Counted from the stretch's first letter, positions 27,684-37,830 are shown. The stretch is 40,499 nucleotides of DNA from a virus (IMGVR_UViG_3300027892_000066:1-40499); one strand, 5' to 3'. Numbers and translations are program-made. The notes: generated by a model not told the origin, from the sequence alone.

Positions 27684-27697
27684 CTGTGTACTTAGTG

Positions 27698-29251
27698 TCA
27701 GATCAACCTAAAGTTCCAACGTCCTGGCGCATACTCCCCTTCAAAGGCCTTGAGCCATTGTTCTCCATCCCACTTGTATTTGATACCTGTACGTATGTTT
27801 TGGATATAGGTCGCTGTGAAATCTTGGCCAGCAACAGCAGCATCTTGTAAAGTATTATCATCGGGATCCCATATCGTAGACCAGGTAGATCCCGACCATT
27901 CTATAATTGAGTTTGCTTTGATTATAGGGTCTGTACCATCTTGGTTTTCCCACGACGAGTCGTTGTTACTGGGGTCTCTCCATGCCTGGGGTCCGCGATA
28001 AGGTATGTTGGTGCTGTCTGCAGGATTGCTTGGGTATTCGATGAATCCTCCACGATTAGCACTGTTGTTGACATCCTCTAACATGAGGAATCGTAAGCCT
28101 ATAGGTATCGCTGTATAACTGCCATATACTTCTAATGGATTGTACTTATAGGGATCGATAATAGCATCTACGGTACCTCTAGTTTCTATTGCGCTTTCAA
28201 TATCAGTGTTGGCAGGATAAGTATCCGGATCCAGTGTCACCGATAACACAGTCCTATCTAAAGGATTGATCACAAATGTACCAACGATTTCACTGTCATC
28301 CTCTTTGAGAAAAAACACATCGCTGCCTGCAACATATCCGCCTTGTACTTCTAGGATACGATCCCATTCTATAGGCTCACCATTTTTATATTCTTGAGCA
28401 TCTAGTCCCAATGAGAGAACTGCTGCGTCAGGATTGACCAGTGTGAGGTCGTACTGATTATCTGTAAGATTTCCAGTATTAGATTTAAACAGCAGCACAC
28501 GGTATCTATTAGTAGTTGTGGTAAATGCACCTTTTGCACGATTATATACTAAACTTTCTAGATCCACTATATCGCCGCTATCCATAAACACGTTTGAAAC
28601 AATAGTCTGTACGATACCTAATTTTTTCACTTTAGCAGGCGCAGTGATATAGATTGGAATTTCAAAATCTAAAGTACAAACATCTATCTCACTTTCTGCA
28701 CCGGCAGGAATAGTTCTAGAAGTAAAGTTAGTGCTGGTAAGATACAAGGTGCTGAGACTGGTCCAGTCTAGATAGTTGTCTGTGGTCTGCAGTTCCAAAC
28801 TGGGATTAAACAATACCAAAATCTGTTCTAATAACTGCAGTTTTTGATCTGTGTTCGAAGTCCATATGTCTGCTTTCATGGTCATCTTGAAAGGTGTTGG
28901 TGCCAGTCTTTCTACTGTGTAGTTACCACCCTGCGCATTTTGATATTCTCTAGTTCCCGAAGCATCTGTGAATCTACGTTCTCTTACATGTACCTTAGAA
29001 ACAAATGTAGGATCACTGAGCCGCGACGTATCCATTTCTAGAGCACTGATATAACAGCTGATCTTGGGCACCGACGGCATTTTATTTTCTGAGTTTTCTT
29101 TGATTATGGCAGCTACCTGGCGGGTCATGTCACCATAGCTCACAGGCACACTGATCTCATCACCATTGCCTGCCTTGTATTTGAAACCTATGAACACACG
29201 CATGAACTGCGTGACATAGCGCCTTATTTGCCCGTCATAGAAAAAATCCAT
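27698..29251 (-). CDS. gp15: Tail sheath stabiliser / tail terminator, T4 gp15-like, with a C-terminal extension
   Basis: FFYDGQIRRYVTQFMRVF...VPVSYG...P.P.......IW......LQLLEQILVLFNP match gp15 hallmarks; adjacent to the neck genes. Confidence 0.75.
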   Translation of the reverse strand: MDFFYDGQIRRYVTQFMRVFIGFKYKAGNGDEISVPVSYGDMTRQVAAIIKENSENKMPSVPKISCYISALEMDTSRLSDPTFVSKVHVRERRFTDASGTREYQNAQGGNYTVERLAPTPFKMTMKADIWTSNTDQKLQLLEQILVLFNPSLELQTTDNYLDWTSLSTLYLTSTNFTSRTIPAGAESEIDVCTLDFEIPIYITAPAKVKKLGIVQTIVSNVFMDSGDIVDLESLVYNRAKGAFTTTTNRYRVLLFKSNTGNLTDNQYDLTLVNPDAAVLSLGLDAQEYKNGEPIEWDRILEVQGGYVAGSDVFFLKEDDSEIVGTFVINPLDRTVLSVTLDPDTYPANTDIESAIETRGTVDAIIDPYKYNPLEVYGSYTAIPIGLRFLMLEDVNNSANRGGFIEYPSNPADSTNIPYRGPQAWRDPSNNDSSWENQDGTDPIIKANSIIEWSGSTWSTIWDPDDNTLQDAAVAGQDFTATYIQNIRTGIKYKWDGEQWLKAFEGEYAPGRWNFRLI

Positions 29252-30666
29252 TATTCGTCCGCCTGTGGTCTAAGTGCCTTGGTAAGGCTCTGTTTTTCTT
29301 CTGTCTCATGTCCATCTATAGTAGTAACTGTAGTATTATTCACAAATGTGGCCTTTTGTGTCTGACGAATATCTTTACCAGCATAGGTGCCACCTGCAGC
29401 TACATCACTGGCTCCGAGATTGTTCATGGTCATACGTACATTGTCTTCAAATTTAGTCCAACGTCTGCCATCAAATCTAAACAGTCTGTTGGGCAGATAG
29501 TCAGTTCTAAGAGCAAACTGTCCCACTGTGGGATTGATAGGAAACGCTATACCTGCAGATAAATTCACTGCAGTAAATGGAGCACCGTTGGGTGGTACAC
29601 CATCTTTGGTTAGATATCCATTATAGCCATCGCCGTCTGCAGGCATTAACACCGAGCTAGCAGTCTGTCCTGCGTAGATAGGATTGCCGTCCGTATCAAT
29701 CAACGGTGTGCCATTTATGTCAGTGGCCTGCGTCTCAGTATCCACGGTCACAGCAGTGGCATCTACAGAAGTTAATTCTGCTGTGCCATCCTCTGCTCTC
29801 TGCAAGGTATAGAACTTGCTGGTGTCATATCCACTCTTAGGAGCATCTGCTTCTGCTTGATTTAAAACAGCTGAAGTGATCTGCATTTCTTTGTTGTAGG
29901 TTGATATGATATCTTTCAGCGTGTCGGCAATCACATAGTAGGGATTATTTAATGAACCTGGCGGTGCTATTCCAGTGACTTCTTGAGTTACTTGATATTT
30001 CTTGCCGTCTGTGCCTGTAACAATATCTCCAGGATAGTATGTGATGTCAGCATTGTAGGCGCCACGATCCGAGTCTGTGTTGGCGATACCGTCTAGGATC
30101 TGTTTGTATTCTTGGCTGTCTACCAATGGTTTGCATTTGGCTCTGTATAGATGTGGATACCATGTCACAGAAAATCCTTCCGCAGCCCTAGAAACTTCTT
30201 CTATAACATAGAATCTTTTTAACGCATACTGCAGATCATTCAGAGCATACTCGTCTGTGAGATGCGGCAGCTCTATTACATCACCTGCTATGATTTTTCT
30301 ACCAATTTTTTCCACAGTGTCTGTGATGTGGAAGGTAATAAAAATAGTGTCGTTCTGCAGAAACAGTCCAAATTGGCTGAGATTGAAATCTATGTCTGAA
30401 AGATTATACACACCTCTCAGCAGATAAACGTCTGGATCATATTTACGATCACGATTTTCTAAGAACAATAGATCCTGTATGTTGAAGGGATCGTCTGTGT
30501 TATATGTGGGAGTAGAAGGCGTGTTGCCCTGTACCGCAGCATCAGGGCCAAGATATTTGTGCACCAGCACATCCGTGCCGCCAACCTGGAACATTTCCCA
30601 AACGGTATTATTGATAAATTTATAATCATTGCCTTTTTGAGGCCGGTAGAGACTGAGTCTTGGCAT
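29251..30666 (-). CDS. Neck / head-closure protein, T4 gp14-like, enlarged
   Basis: E.FQVGGTDVLVHKY...LSQFGLFL.NDTIFITFH...GDVIELP...FYVIEEV resembles gp14. It lies between the gp13-like and gp15-like genes. Start chosen at MPRLSL, downstream of TAAATA. Confidence 0.65.
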   Translation of the reverse strand: MPRLSLYRPQKGNDYKFINNTVWEMFQVGGTDVLVHKYLGPDAAVQGNTPSTPTYNTDDPFNIQDLLFLENRDRKYDPDVYLLRGVYNLSDIDFNLSQFGLFLQNDTIFITFHITDTVEKIGRKIIAGDVIELPHLTDEYALNDLQYALKRFYVIEEVSRAAEGFSVTWYPHLYRAKCKPLVDSQEYKQILDGIANTDSDRGAYNADITYYPGDIVTGTDGKKYQVTQEVTGIAPPGSLNNPYYVIADTLKDIISTYNKEMQITSAVLNQAEADAPKSGYDTSKFYTLQRAEDGTAELTSVDATAVTVDTETQATDINGTPLIDTDGNPIYAGQTASSVLMPADGDGYNGYLTKDGVPPNGAPFTAVNLSAGIAFPINPTVGQFALRTDYLPNRLFRFDGRRWTKFEDNVRMTMNNLGASDVAAGGTYAGKDIRQTQKATFVNNTTVTTIDGHETEEKQSLTKALRPQADE

Positions 30667-30673
30667 AGTCATA

Positions 30674-30694
30674 TATTTACCGCTGCGATAAATA
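30674..30694. promoter_or_regulatory. Back-to-back late-type promoters between the divergent gp14-like and gp13-like genes
   Basis: TATTTA at 30674-30679 (minus strand) and TAAATA at 30689-30694 (plus strand, 5 nt before ATG 30700). Confidence 0.7.
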
Positions 30695-30699
30695 CTATC

Positions 30700-31458
30700 A
30701 TGAGCACAACTGATCAAGCAAAACAACAGGTTTTCGACTATTGTAAGGCCATGCTGGGCGACGGCATGATCGATATAGAACTAGACCCTATACACTACGA
30801 AACAGCACTTAACCGCAGCCTAGCGGTATTTCGGCAGCGCAGCGACAACGCTGTGGAAGAAAGTTATTGTTTTCTAACACTAACCGAAAGCATCAACGAT
30901 TATATCCTGCCCAAAGAAATACAACAGGTTCGTCAGATATTCCGTCGTTCGGTGGGATCTAGAACGGGTAATGGAACAGGCGGCACAGTATTCGAACCAT
31001 TTAATTTGGCCTACTCTAATACCTATTTGTTGAGTTCTACTAACATGGGCGGATTGGCCACTTATGAATTATTCTCACAATATCAGGAACTGGTAGGTAA
31101 GATGTTTGGGTCTTTTATAAACTTCACATGGCATCCGCAGAGCCATAAATTGATCATACACCAAAGACCTAGAGGCGAAGAGTCAGTGATGCTACAGGTC
31201 TATAACACCAAACCGGACTTTGCCATCATAGATGACGTGTATTCTGGACAGTGGATCAAGGACTATACCTTGGCCAACTGCAAGATGATGCTGGGCCAGG
31301 CTCGCGAAAAATTCGCACAGATAGCAGGACCACAGGGCGGATCGGGTCTCAACGGTGCTGCTATGAAAACTGAAGCTACTGCAGAAATGGAAAAACTAGT
31401 GGATGATCTAATGAAACTGGTACCAGGCGGCAGTGGATATTCTTTCGTAATTGGCTAA
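30700..31458 (+). CDS. gp13: Neck protein, T4 gp13-like
   Basis: DYCKAMLG..MIDIELD...WIKDYTLA..K..LG..R.KF..I.GP.GG..LNG is the gp13 signature. Confidence 0.8.
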   Translation: MSTTDQAKQQVFDYCKAMLGDGMIDIELDPIHYETALNRSLAVFRQRSDNAVEESYCFLTLTESINDYILPKEIQQVRQIFRRSVGSRTGNGTGGTVFEPFNLAYSNTYLLSSTNMGGLATYELFSQYQELVGKMFGSFINFTWHPQSHKLIIHQRPRGEESVMLQVYNTKPDFAIIDDVYSGQWIKDYTLANCKMMLGQAREKFAQIAGPQGGSGLNGAAMKTEATAEMEKLVDDLMKLVPGGSGYSFVIG

Positions 31459-31464
31459 AAACTC

Positions 31465-31493
31465 TTGACTCCGTGATTGATCTATAGTATACT
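31465..31493 (+). promoter_or_regulatory. Sigma70-type (early/middle) promoter for the dNMP kinase
   Basis: TTGACT (31465-31470), 17-bp spacer, TATACT (31488-31493), then the TAAGGAG SD at 31501-31507. Confidence 0.75.
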
Positions 31494-31513
31494 GTCTTTG
31501 TAAGGAGACATTT

Positions 31514-32185
31514 ATGATTATAGGGGTATGTGGTTTTATTGGCAGCGGCAAGGACACAGTCGCAGACTATCTGGTTAACTTTCACGAATTTAGACGAGAA
31601 TCATTTGCCAGCACACTGAAAGATGCGGTAGCAGCAGTATTTGGTTGGGACAGAACCATGCTGGAAGGTCGTACCAAAGCCGCACGTGAATGGCGAGAGC
31701 AGGTGGATCCGTGGTGGGCCAAACGACTGGACATGCCTACACTGACTCCTCGATGGGTCCTACAATATTGGGGCACAGAAGTCTGTAGAAAATCCTTCCA
31801 TGATGACATATGGATAGCCAGCCTAGAAAACAAACTACGAAATTCACAGGACCACGTTGTAATCTCAGACTGCCGTTTTCCTAATGAAATCTCCAGTATA
31901 CGTAATGCAGGTGGCAGAATCATCTGGGTACAACGTGGTCCATTACCTGAGTGGTATGACACTGCCGTGGCAGCTAATCAAGGCTATAATTGGGCACATC
32001 AAGATCTCAAAATGCGTAAAATACATGCTTCGGAGACTGCTTGGGTAGGCACAGAGTTCGATCATGTCTTGATTAACGATCACAGCATAGATGAGCTCTA
32101 CGACACAGTGAAATCAATAGTCAGCAACGAGATCACCTTGACGCCAAGTGACTCCCTCTTTGCTCAAAACGCCAGCACAGTTTAA
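31514..32185 (+). CDS. gp1: Deoxynucleoside monophosphate kinase, T4 gp1-like
   Basis: IIGVCGFIGSGKDTVA (P-loop), SFASTLKD, TPRWVLQYWGTE, VVISDCRFPNE, HASE. Confidence 0.92.
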   Translation: MIIGVCGFIGSGKDTVADYLVNFHEFRRESFASTLKDAVAAVFGWDRTMLEGRTKAAREWREQVDPWWAKRLDMPTLTPRWVLQYWGTEVCRKSFHDDIWIASLENKLRNSQDHVVISDCRFPNEISSIRNAGGRIIWVQRGPLPEWYDTAVAANQGYNWAHQDLKMRKIHASETAWVGTEFDHVLINDHSIDELYDTVKSIVSNEITLTPSDSLFAQNASTV

Positions 32186-32449
32186 ACATACAGTTTTTAG
32201 ATTCGCAGGACGGCAGTTGTCTAGATTGCCGTCCATGTGAAACACCCTAAATACTTCCGCATGCGGCGACCTGAATCCGCATTTCTCACATTGAGATTTC
32301 ATCTTATAGCCACTGCGTAACCACCGTGGTACTCCTGTATATACACCATGAGCCAAGCAGATTTCACAAAGACTTCTGTAATAGGTCTTGGAATTTTTCT
32401 TGTAGTTCACAGCACAGGGTCTTGCACCGCACTTGCATAATGGTCGCAT
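32114..32449 (-). CDS. Zn-finger / HNH-like protein
   Basis: CxC, CEIC, CEKC, VFHMDGNLDNCRPANLKTVCLNC (HNH-like, terminal His absent). TAAATA-N5-ATG upstream. Confidence 0.7.
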   Translation of the reverse strand: MRPLCKCGARPCAVNYKKNSKTYYRSLCEICLAHGVYTGVPRWLRSGYKMKSQCEKCGFRSPHAEVFRVFHMDGNLDNCRPANLKTVCLNCAGVLSKEGVTWRQGDLVADY

Positions 32450-32562
32450 ACAGATATTTAACGCTTCTGTACCTTTTCCACCCCTTTTGACCTTGTATTA
32501 ACCATCCATTTTTGTTGCGCACGGCTAAATATTATGAGCAACTATTACCAGGAGAAAATGGG

Positions 32563-35500
32563 ATGGCACTACAATCACCAGGCGTACAAGTTACGGTAAT
32601 CGACGAGAGTTTTTATACACCAGCAGAACCTGGTACTACACCTCTTATCGTAGTAGCAACAGCGCAAGATAAAACCAATGGAGCAGGCACAGGCACTGCA
32701 TTGGGTACCACAGCGGCCAATGCTGGCAAGGCCTTTAAGATAACCAGCCAGCGTGAACTAACAGAAACATTTGGTGTTCCGTTCTTTGAGAAAACAGCCA
32801 GTGCTACTCCTGTACATGGTTCAGAGCGCAACGAATATGGACTGCTTACAGCCTACAGTTTATTAGGTGTAAGCAATGCTGCTTTTATTGTAAGAGCAGA
32901 TATTGACCTAGATGAACTAGAAGCACAGACTGACGCTCCGGGAGCGAATCCCAATAACGGCCAGTGGTGGATTGATACACAGGCCACAACCTGGGGTGTT
33001 CAAGAGTGGAACGGCGCTGCCGCTACCGTTGTAGGCGGCCAGAAATTCACATACAAGGTGCCAATTGTACTCACAGACGCAGATTTTCCCTCTAAGATCA
33101 CAGGCAATGCTCCAAAAGAAGGAGTAGGTAAGATCGGTGACTATGCAGTTGTATTTCGAACTGTAGAAGGTGACACTTCATTCGGTGCAGAAGAAGAATA
33201 TGCTAGAATATATTATAAATCTGCAGGTAACGGTGGCGTATCCGGCGGCGGAACAGCTGTTGATGCAGGCGAATGGGTATTAGTTGGATCTAACGAATGG
33301 GCAGCTAGTTGGCCAGTAGTTAGTGGCACAGCAGTTAGTGGCTCAGTGAGCTATAACTTTTATGTCAACAACCAACTGATCGCTGGATCAGGAAATACTG
33401 GGGCAATAGCTACAGCCATTAATGGTGCAAGCATCCAAGGTGTTAATGCACAGGCTATTAGTGGTAGATTATACATTTATTCTGATGGACGATCAGCAGC
33501 TGATGGAACTCCTTTAGATTCATCAGGCCCAGACGGTCGTGTTTTACTAGAAAACGGAACCACAGCTCTTAGCGCACTAGGTATTACAGCAGGAGTTTAT
33601 CTAAGCCCACGCCTAGCACAGCAGCCTCATACATCTATACCTAGCTACAAACGTAGTGAAAATACAGATACCGTCGGTGGAGCAGCCACTGGCAGTGTAT
33701 GGATTAAAACCACAGAACCTAATAACGGTGCTCGTTGGAGAGCCAAGCGTTGGAGTTCAGCAACACTGTCATGGGTCAGCTATGAAGCACCTATCTATGA
33801 CACTACAGCAGCAGCACTGTACTATCTAGATCGCAGTGGTGGTGGAGCAGGTATTCCAGAAAGTGCATTATTCACACAGGCCAATGCCAAAGAAACATCG
33901 GGCTTTGACACAACTCCTACAACAGCTACATTTAGACTATGGCGTAGGAATATTGCAGTTGGTGCAGCTACCAGTATTACTAGCAATGTTATCAAGGTTG
34001 GTACATTAGGATCTTCGGGTACTAAAACATTTACCATTAGTGAATCACTAAAAACTACACTTGCTCTAGACACTGCAAAAACAATAACATTCACAGCAGT
34101 CAATACCAGCGCAGATGCAGAACTAATGGCAGCGGCTATCAATGCAGCTGGCTTTACCAACATTGTGGCTTCTGTTACAGAAGTTAGTGCAACATCTAAC
34201 AGACTGATTATCAGTCACATACTGGGCGGAGATTTTAGACTAGAAGATACTGGCGGCACCCCAGTAGCCAGTACTTTCACTGCCTACAACATAGATACAC
34301 TAGCAGGCACAGAAAACTTCTACGCAGCAGAAACTGCTACCGGAGGCTATCTAGCTTCTGGATGGAAACCACTAGCAGCGTCGGATCCAAGATTCGCTGC
34401 CTCCGGTGATGCTCCATTGAACGAACCACAAGACGGGCAGTTATGGTATAATCCTAATTTCTCAGAAGTGGATCTAATGGTACACAACGGAAACACATGG
34501 GTTGGCTATCGTCATTTGACAGCCCCTTACTATGAAGCAGCCACAGCAACATTGAGAAATGGATATCTACCTATCGTAGCTGCTTCTAATCCCTACAAGC
34601 AAGGGACCACAGCCAATGGTGATATATGGATCAGCACAGCAGATCTAGAAAACTTTCCAACCATTTACAGATACAATACCAACTTGAGTGATATACCTGA
34701 TCTTGCGCAGCGTTGGGAACTAGTGGACAAAGCAGATCAGACCACAGAAGAAGGTGTGTTGTTTGCAGATGCACGTTGGAATACCGCAGGTACTTCAACA
34801 GTAGCCAGCTCCATAGAAGATTTGATTACCAACAACTTCTTAGATCCAGATGCTCCAGACCCTGCACTATATCCTAAAGGTATGCTGCTATGGAATCTGC
34901 GTCGCAGTGGTGGTAACGTTAAACAGTATCAAAACAGCTACATCGATACTACTGCTGATAATCCAAGAACCGGAACAGCTACTCTAGCAGGCGACGCATT
35001 CCAAAGCGGTGAAAGTATGGAAACCTATGCTACAGACCGCTGGACCACAGCTAGTGGCAACAATGAAGATGGTTCAGGATCATTTGGTCGCAAAGCACAG
35101 CGCAAGGTTGTAACACAGGCCTTGAAGAGTGTGGTTGATACCAGTCAAGAAATACGTGACGAAGAACGCCGTAACTTCAATATCATAGCTGCTCCTGGTT
35201 ATCCAGAGCTGTTGAGCAACCTAGTAAACCTAAACATTGATCGCGGTGTTACTGCGTTTGTGGTAGGTGATACTCCATTGCGATTGGCAGCAGATGCAAC
35301 ATCATTAACCACTTGGGGCTCAAATGCCAACCTAGTCACAGACAACGGTGATGACGGCATTGTTACATATGATGAGTATTGTGCAGTTTATTATCCAAAT
35401 GGATTTACCACTGATCTCAGCGGTTCTCCTGCAGTGGTTCCAGCCAGCCACATGATGCTGAAAACTATCACACTCAGTGACAATGTCAGCTTTCCATGGT

Positions 35501-36021
35501 TTGCTCCAGCAGGAACACGCCGAGGCGGAATTACCAATGCCACAGCAGTGGGCTTTATAGATGCTGCTACAGGCGAGTTTCAAACAGTTGCTCTAAATGA
35601 AGGGCAGCGTGATACACTGTATGATCTAAAAGTTAACCCAATCCCATTCTTTAACGGAATAGGACTGGTAGCACATGGTCAAAAGACTCGTGCAAGAAAT
35701 GCTTCAGCACTAGATCGTATCAACGTAGCACGTCTAGTGGTATACCTACGCAGCCAGTTGAACAAACTAGCTCGTCCTTATATATTTGAGCCTAACGATC
35801 AAATTACACGTGATGAAATAAAACAAGCTGTAGAAAGTCTATTATTAGAGCTAGTGGGACTAAGAGCACTCTACGACTTTGCGGTTGTTTGCGACGAAAG
35901 CAACAACACTCCGTCGAGAATAGATCGAAACGAACTGTACGTTGATATCGCAATTGAACCTGTGAAGGCGATTGAGTTCATTTACATTCCGTTACGTGTC
36001 AAGAACACAGGAGAAATTTAA
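32563..36021 (+). CDS. gp18: Contractile tail sheath protein, enlarged (1152 aa)
   Basis: MALQSPGVQVTVIDES N-terminus; C-terminal PWFAPAGTRRG, RDTLY..KVNPI, GQKT, SALDRINVARL, FEPND..TR, VVCDESNNTP.RIDRNEL.VDIAIEP.KAIEFIYI. TAAATA at 32526-32531 and AGGAG SD support ATG 32563. Confidence 0.95.
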   Translation: MALQSPGVQVTVIDESFYTPAEPGTTPLIVVATAQDKTNGAGTGTALGTTAANAGKAFKITSQRELTETFGVPFFEKTASATPVHGSERNEYGLLTAYSLLGVSNAAFIVRADIDLDELEAQTDAPGANPNNGQWWIDTQATTWGVQEWNGAAATVVGGQKFTYKVPIVLTDADFPSKITGNAPKEGVGKIGDYAVVFRTVEGDTSFGAEEEYARIYYKSAGNGGVSGGGTAVDAGEWVLVGSNEWAASWPVVSGTAVSGSVSYNFYVNNQLIAGSGNTGAIATAINGASIQGVNAQAISGRLYIYSDGRSAADGTPLDSSGPDGRVLLENGTTALSALGITAGVYLSPRLAQQPHTSIPSYKRSENTDTVGGAATGSVWIKTTEPNNGARWRAKRWSSATLSWVSYEAPIYDTTAAALYYLDRSGGGAGIPESALFTQANAKETSGFDTTPTTATFRLWRRNIAVGAATSITSNVIKVGTLGSSGTKTFTISESLKTTLALDTAKTITFTAVNTSADAELMAAAINAAGFTNIVASVTEVSATSNRLIISHILGGDFRLEDTGGTPVASTFTAYNIDTLAGTENFYAAETATGGYLASGWKPLAASDPRFAASGDAPLNEPQDGQLWYNPNFSEVDLMVHNGNTWVGYRHLTAPYYEAATATLRNGYLPIVAASNPYKQGTTANGDIWISTADLENFPTIYRYNTNLSDIPDLAQRWELVDKADQTTEEGVLFADARWNTAGTSTVASSIEDLITNNFLDPDAPDPALYPKGMLLWNLRRSGGNVKQYQNSYIDTTADNPRTGTATLAGDAFQSGESMETYATDRWTTASGNNEDGSGSFGRKAQRKVVTQALKSVVDTSQEIRDEERRNFNIIAAPGYPELLSNLVNLNIDRGVTAFVVGDTPLRLAADATSLTTWGSNANLVTDNGDDGIVTYDEYCAVYYPNGFTTDLSGSPAVVPASHMMLKTITLSDNVSFPWFAPAGTRRGGITNATAVGFIDAATGEFQTVALNEGQRDTLYDLKVNPIPFFNGIGLVAHGQKTRARNASALDRINVARLVVYLRSQLNKLARPYIFEPNDQITRDEIKQAVESLLLELVGLRALYDFAVVCDESNNTPSRIDRNELYVDIAIEPVKAIEFIYIPLRVKNTGEI

Positions 36022-36023
36022 AA

Positions 36024-36665
36024 ATGGCAATTACATCACTGAATAATTTAGGTATTCCAACTACCAACGCAGCTGGCAGCACACAGGTGTTGTTGATGCC
36101 TAAATTAAAATATCGCTTTAGAGTTACACTGTTGGGATTTGGTGTTGCCGGATCAACTGAACTAACTAAACAGGTTCAGGACGTAACTAGACCCAAAGTA
36201 TCATTTGAAGAAATGACTCTAGATGTCTATAACTCCAAGGTCAAGCTGGCTGGAAGATACACACTGGAAAACATCACTCTGACCTTGCGTGATGATGCTA
36301 GTGGGCAGGTACAAAAACTTGTAGGACAACAGATCCAGAAACAATACGATTTTGCAGAACAGGCATCTGCTCGGTCAGGTATTAATTATAAATTTACAAC
36401 GAAAATCGAAGTTCTCGACGGCGGCAATGGCGGGTTAGTTAATGCAACTTTAGAAACTTTTGAATTAGTCGGATGTTTTGTACAAAACGTAGATTACGGT
36501 GATGCTAATTATTCAACCAACGAACACATGACTGTGGCTCTAACTATCGCTTACGATAACTTGTTACAGTTTAACGGAATAGCAGCCTCCGGTAACGTCG
36601 AAGGTATAGGCGCAGCAGTAGTTAGGGGAATAGGTAACGCAGTTACTGGTGCCGGTACTCCGTAA
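36024..36665 (+). CDS. gp19: Tail tube protein
   Basis: Directly follows the sheath, AGGAG SD. PKLKYRFRV...VTRP.VSF...KLAGR...ITLTLRDD...F.L.GCF......YS......LTIAYD is gp19-like. Confidence 0.85.
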   Translation: MAITSLNNLGIPTTNAAGSTQVLLMPKLKYRFRVTLLGFGVAGSTELTKQVQDVTRPKVSFEEMTLDVYNSKVKLAGRYTLENITLTLRDDASGQVQKLVGQQIQKQYDFAEQASARSGINYKFTTKIEVLDGGNGGLVNATLETFELVGCFVQNVDYGDANYSTNEHMTVALTIAYDNLLQFNGIAASGNVEGIGAAVVRGIGNAVTGAGTP

Positions 36666-36678
36666 TAACAGCAAAAAC

Positions 36679-36705
36679 AAAAAGCCTCCTAAGGGGGCTT
36701 TTTTT
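36679..36705 (+). terminator. Rho-independent terminator, probably bidirectional
   Basis: AAAAAGCCTCC-TAA-GGGGGCTTTTTTT hairpin with a T-run after the tube gene. Confidence 0.85.
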
Positions 36706-36722
36706 GTGGCATAAATATTTGT

Positions 36723-37829
36723 ATGGCAAATTATTTCACAAGATTTCTAAATGGAGCTGCTCAAGGATTGTTAACCCCAAAAGGTAACATGTCCAATTAC
36801 AGTCATGCTACCAAGCTGTTTATAGACGGTAACATGAGGCTGGCTCCTCGCACAAAATTTAACTATTATGTAAGATTTGAGATAGATAAGGCAGCTATAA
36901 AAGCTCCTGCGTTCAGCAACAAACATCACGAAGAAATTGGCCTATTGGTCAAAACAGCAGAGCTACCAAAATATAATTTTGACAGTGTTGTAAAAAATCA
37001 GTACAATAGAAAAAGAATAATATATAAAAATTTTAACTACGAACCGGTGAATATAACCATGCATGATGATGCTACCGGAGTCGTGAGTGCTATGTGGGCA
37101 GTTTATTACGGGTACTATATTGCTGACAGACAATTGCCTGCTGCTGCATTTGAAGGCGGTCTGAAATACCGTCCAACCAATACCGGTAAAGATAATTTTC
37201 GTTACGGCATGGATAATAATGTATCAACAGGCTTCTTTAAATCTGTTAGCATTTATACCATGGCACGTAGAAGATTTTTAGGTTACACCTTGATTAATCC
37301 AAGAATTAAATCTTGGAGTCATGGCAATATGGATTATGCTGCTAGTGAATTTGCAGAAAGCACCATGTCTTTGGAATATGAATCGGTCAAATATTCCGCA
37401 GGGCAAGTATCCTATGGTAGTCCTAAGGGATTTGCCACACTGCACTATGATTCTGTGCCAAGTCCTTTATCTGTAGCAGGTGGCGGTGTGGCAACATTGA
37501 CCGGAGAAGGCGGAGTCTTAGACGGTCTAGAACAGATATTTGGCAACCTTGGATCCGGTGCAGTATTCGATAGTCCTGGTGGATTCTTAAGCACTGCTAT
37601 AGCCAGCATCAACACCTATAAAAATATTAAATCATTGACTCCGGCACAGTTAAAATCAGAAGCCATTAATATACTCAGTGATCCAGGAAATATATCTTCA
37701 GCTATTAGCACTGTCGGCGGAGTAGTAGGAGCTGTGTTTCCAAGAAGTGCAACGCAGGCCCCCGCTACCACTGCCACTCAAAGATCACTAGTGGGAGATT
37801 TCCCCCCGGGACCTGGGAACGTAGCATAA
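36723..37829 (+). CDS. Tube-fold baseplate protein, gp54/gp48-like tube initiator
   Basis: The N-terminal half repeats the tube-protein pattern (LLVKTAELPKY...NQYNRK...YEPVNITMHDD...YTLINPRI.SW.H...M.L.YE). TAAATA-N5-ATG upstream. Confidence 0.65.
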   Translation: MANYFTRFLNGAAQGLLTPKGNMSNYSHATKLFIDGNMRLAPRTKFNYYVRFEIDKAAIKAPAFSNKHHEEIGLLVKTAELPKYNFDSVVKNQYNRKRIIYKNFNYEPVNITMHDDATGVVSAMWAVYYGYYIADRQLPAAAFEGGLKYRPTNTGKDNFRYGMDNNVSTGFFKSVSIYTMARRRFLGYTLINPRIKSWSHGNMDYAASEFAESTMSLEYESVKYSAGQVSYGSPKGFATLHYDSVPSPLSVAGGGVATLTGEGGVLDGLEQIFGNLGSGAVFDSPGGFLSTAIASINTYKNIKSLTPAQLKSEAINILSDPGNISSAISTVGGVVGAVFPRSATQAPATTATQRSLVGDFPPGPGNVA

Positions 37830-37830
37830 T

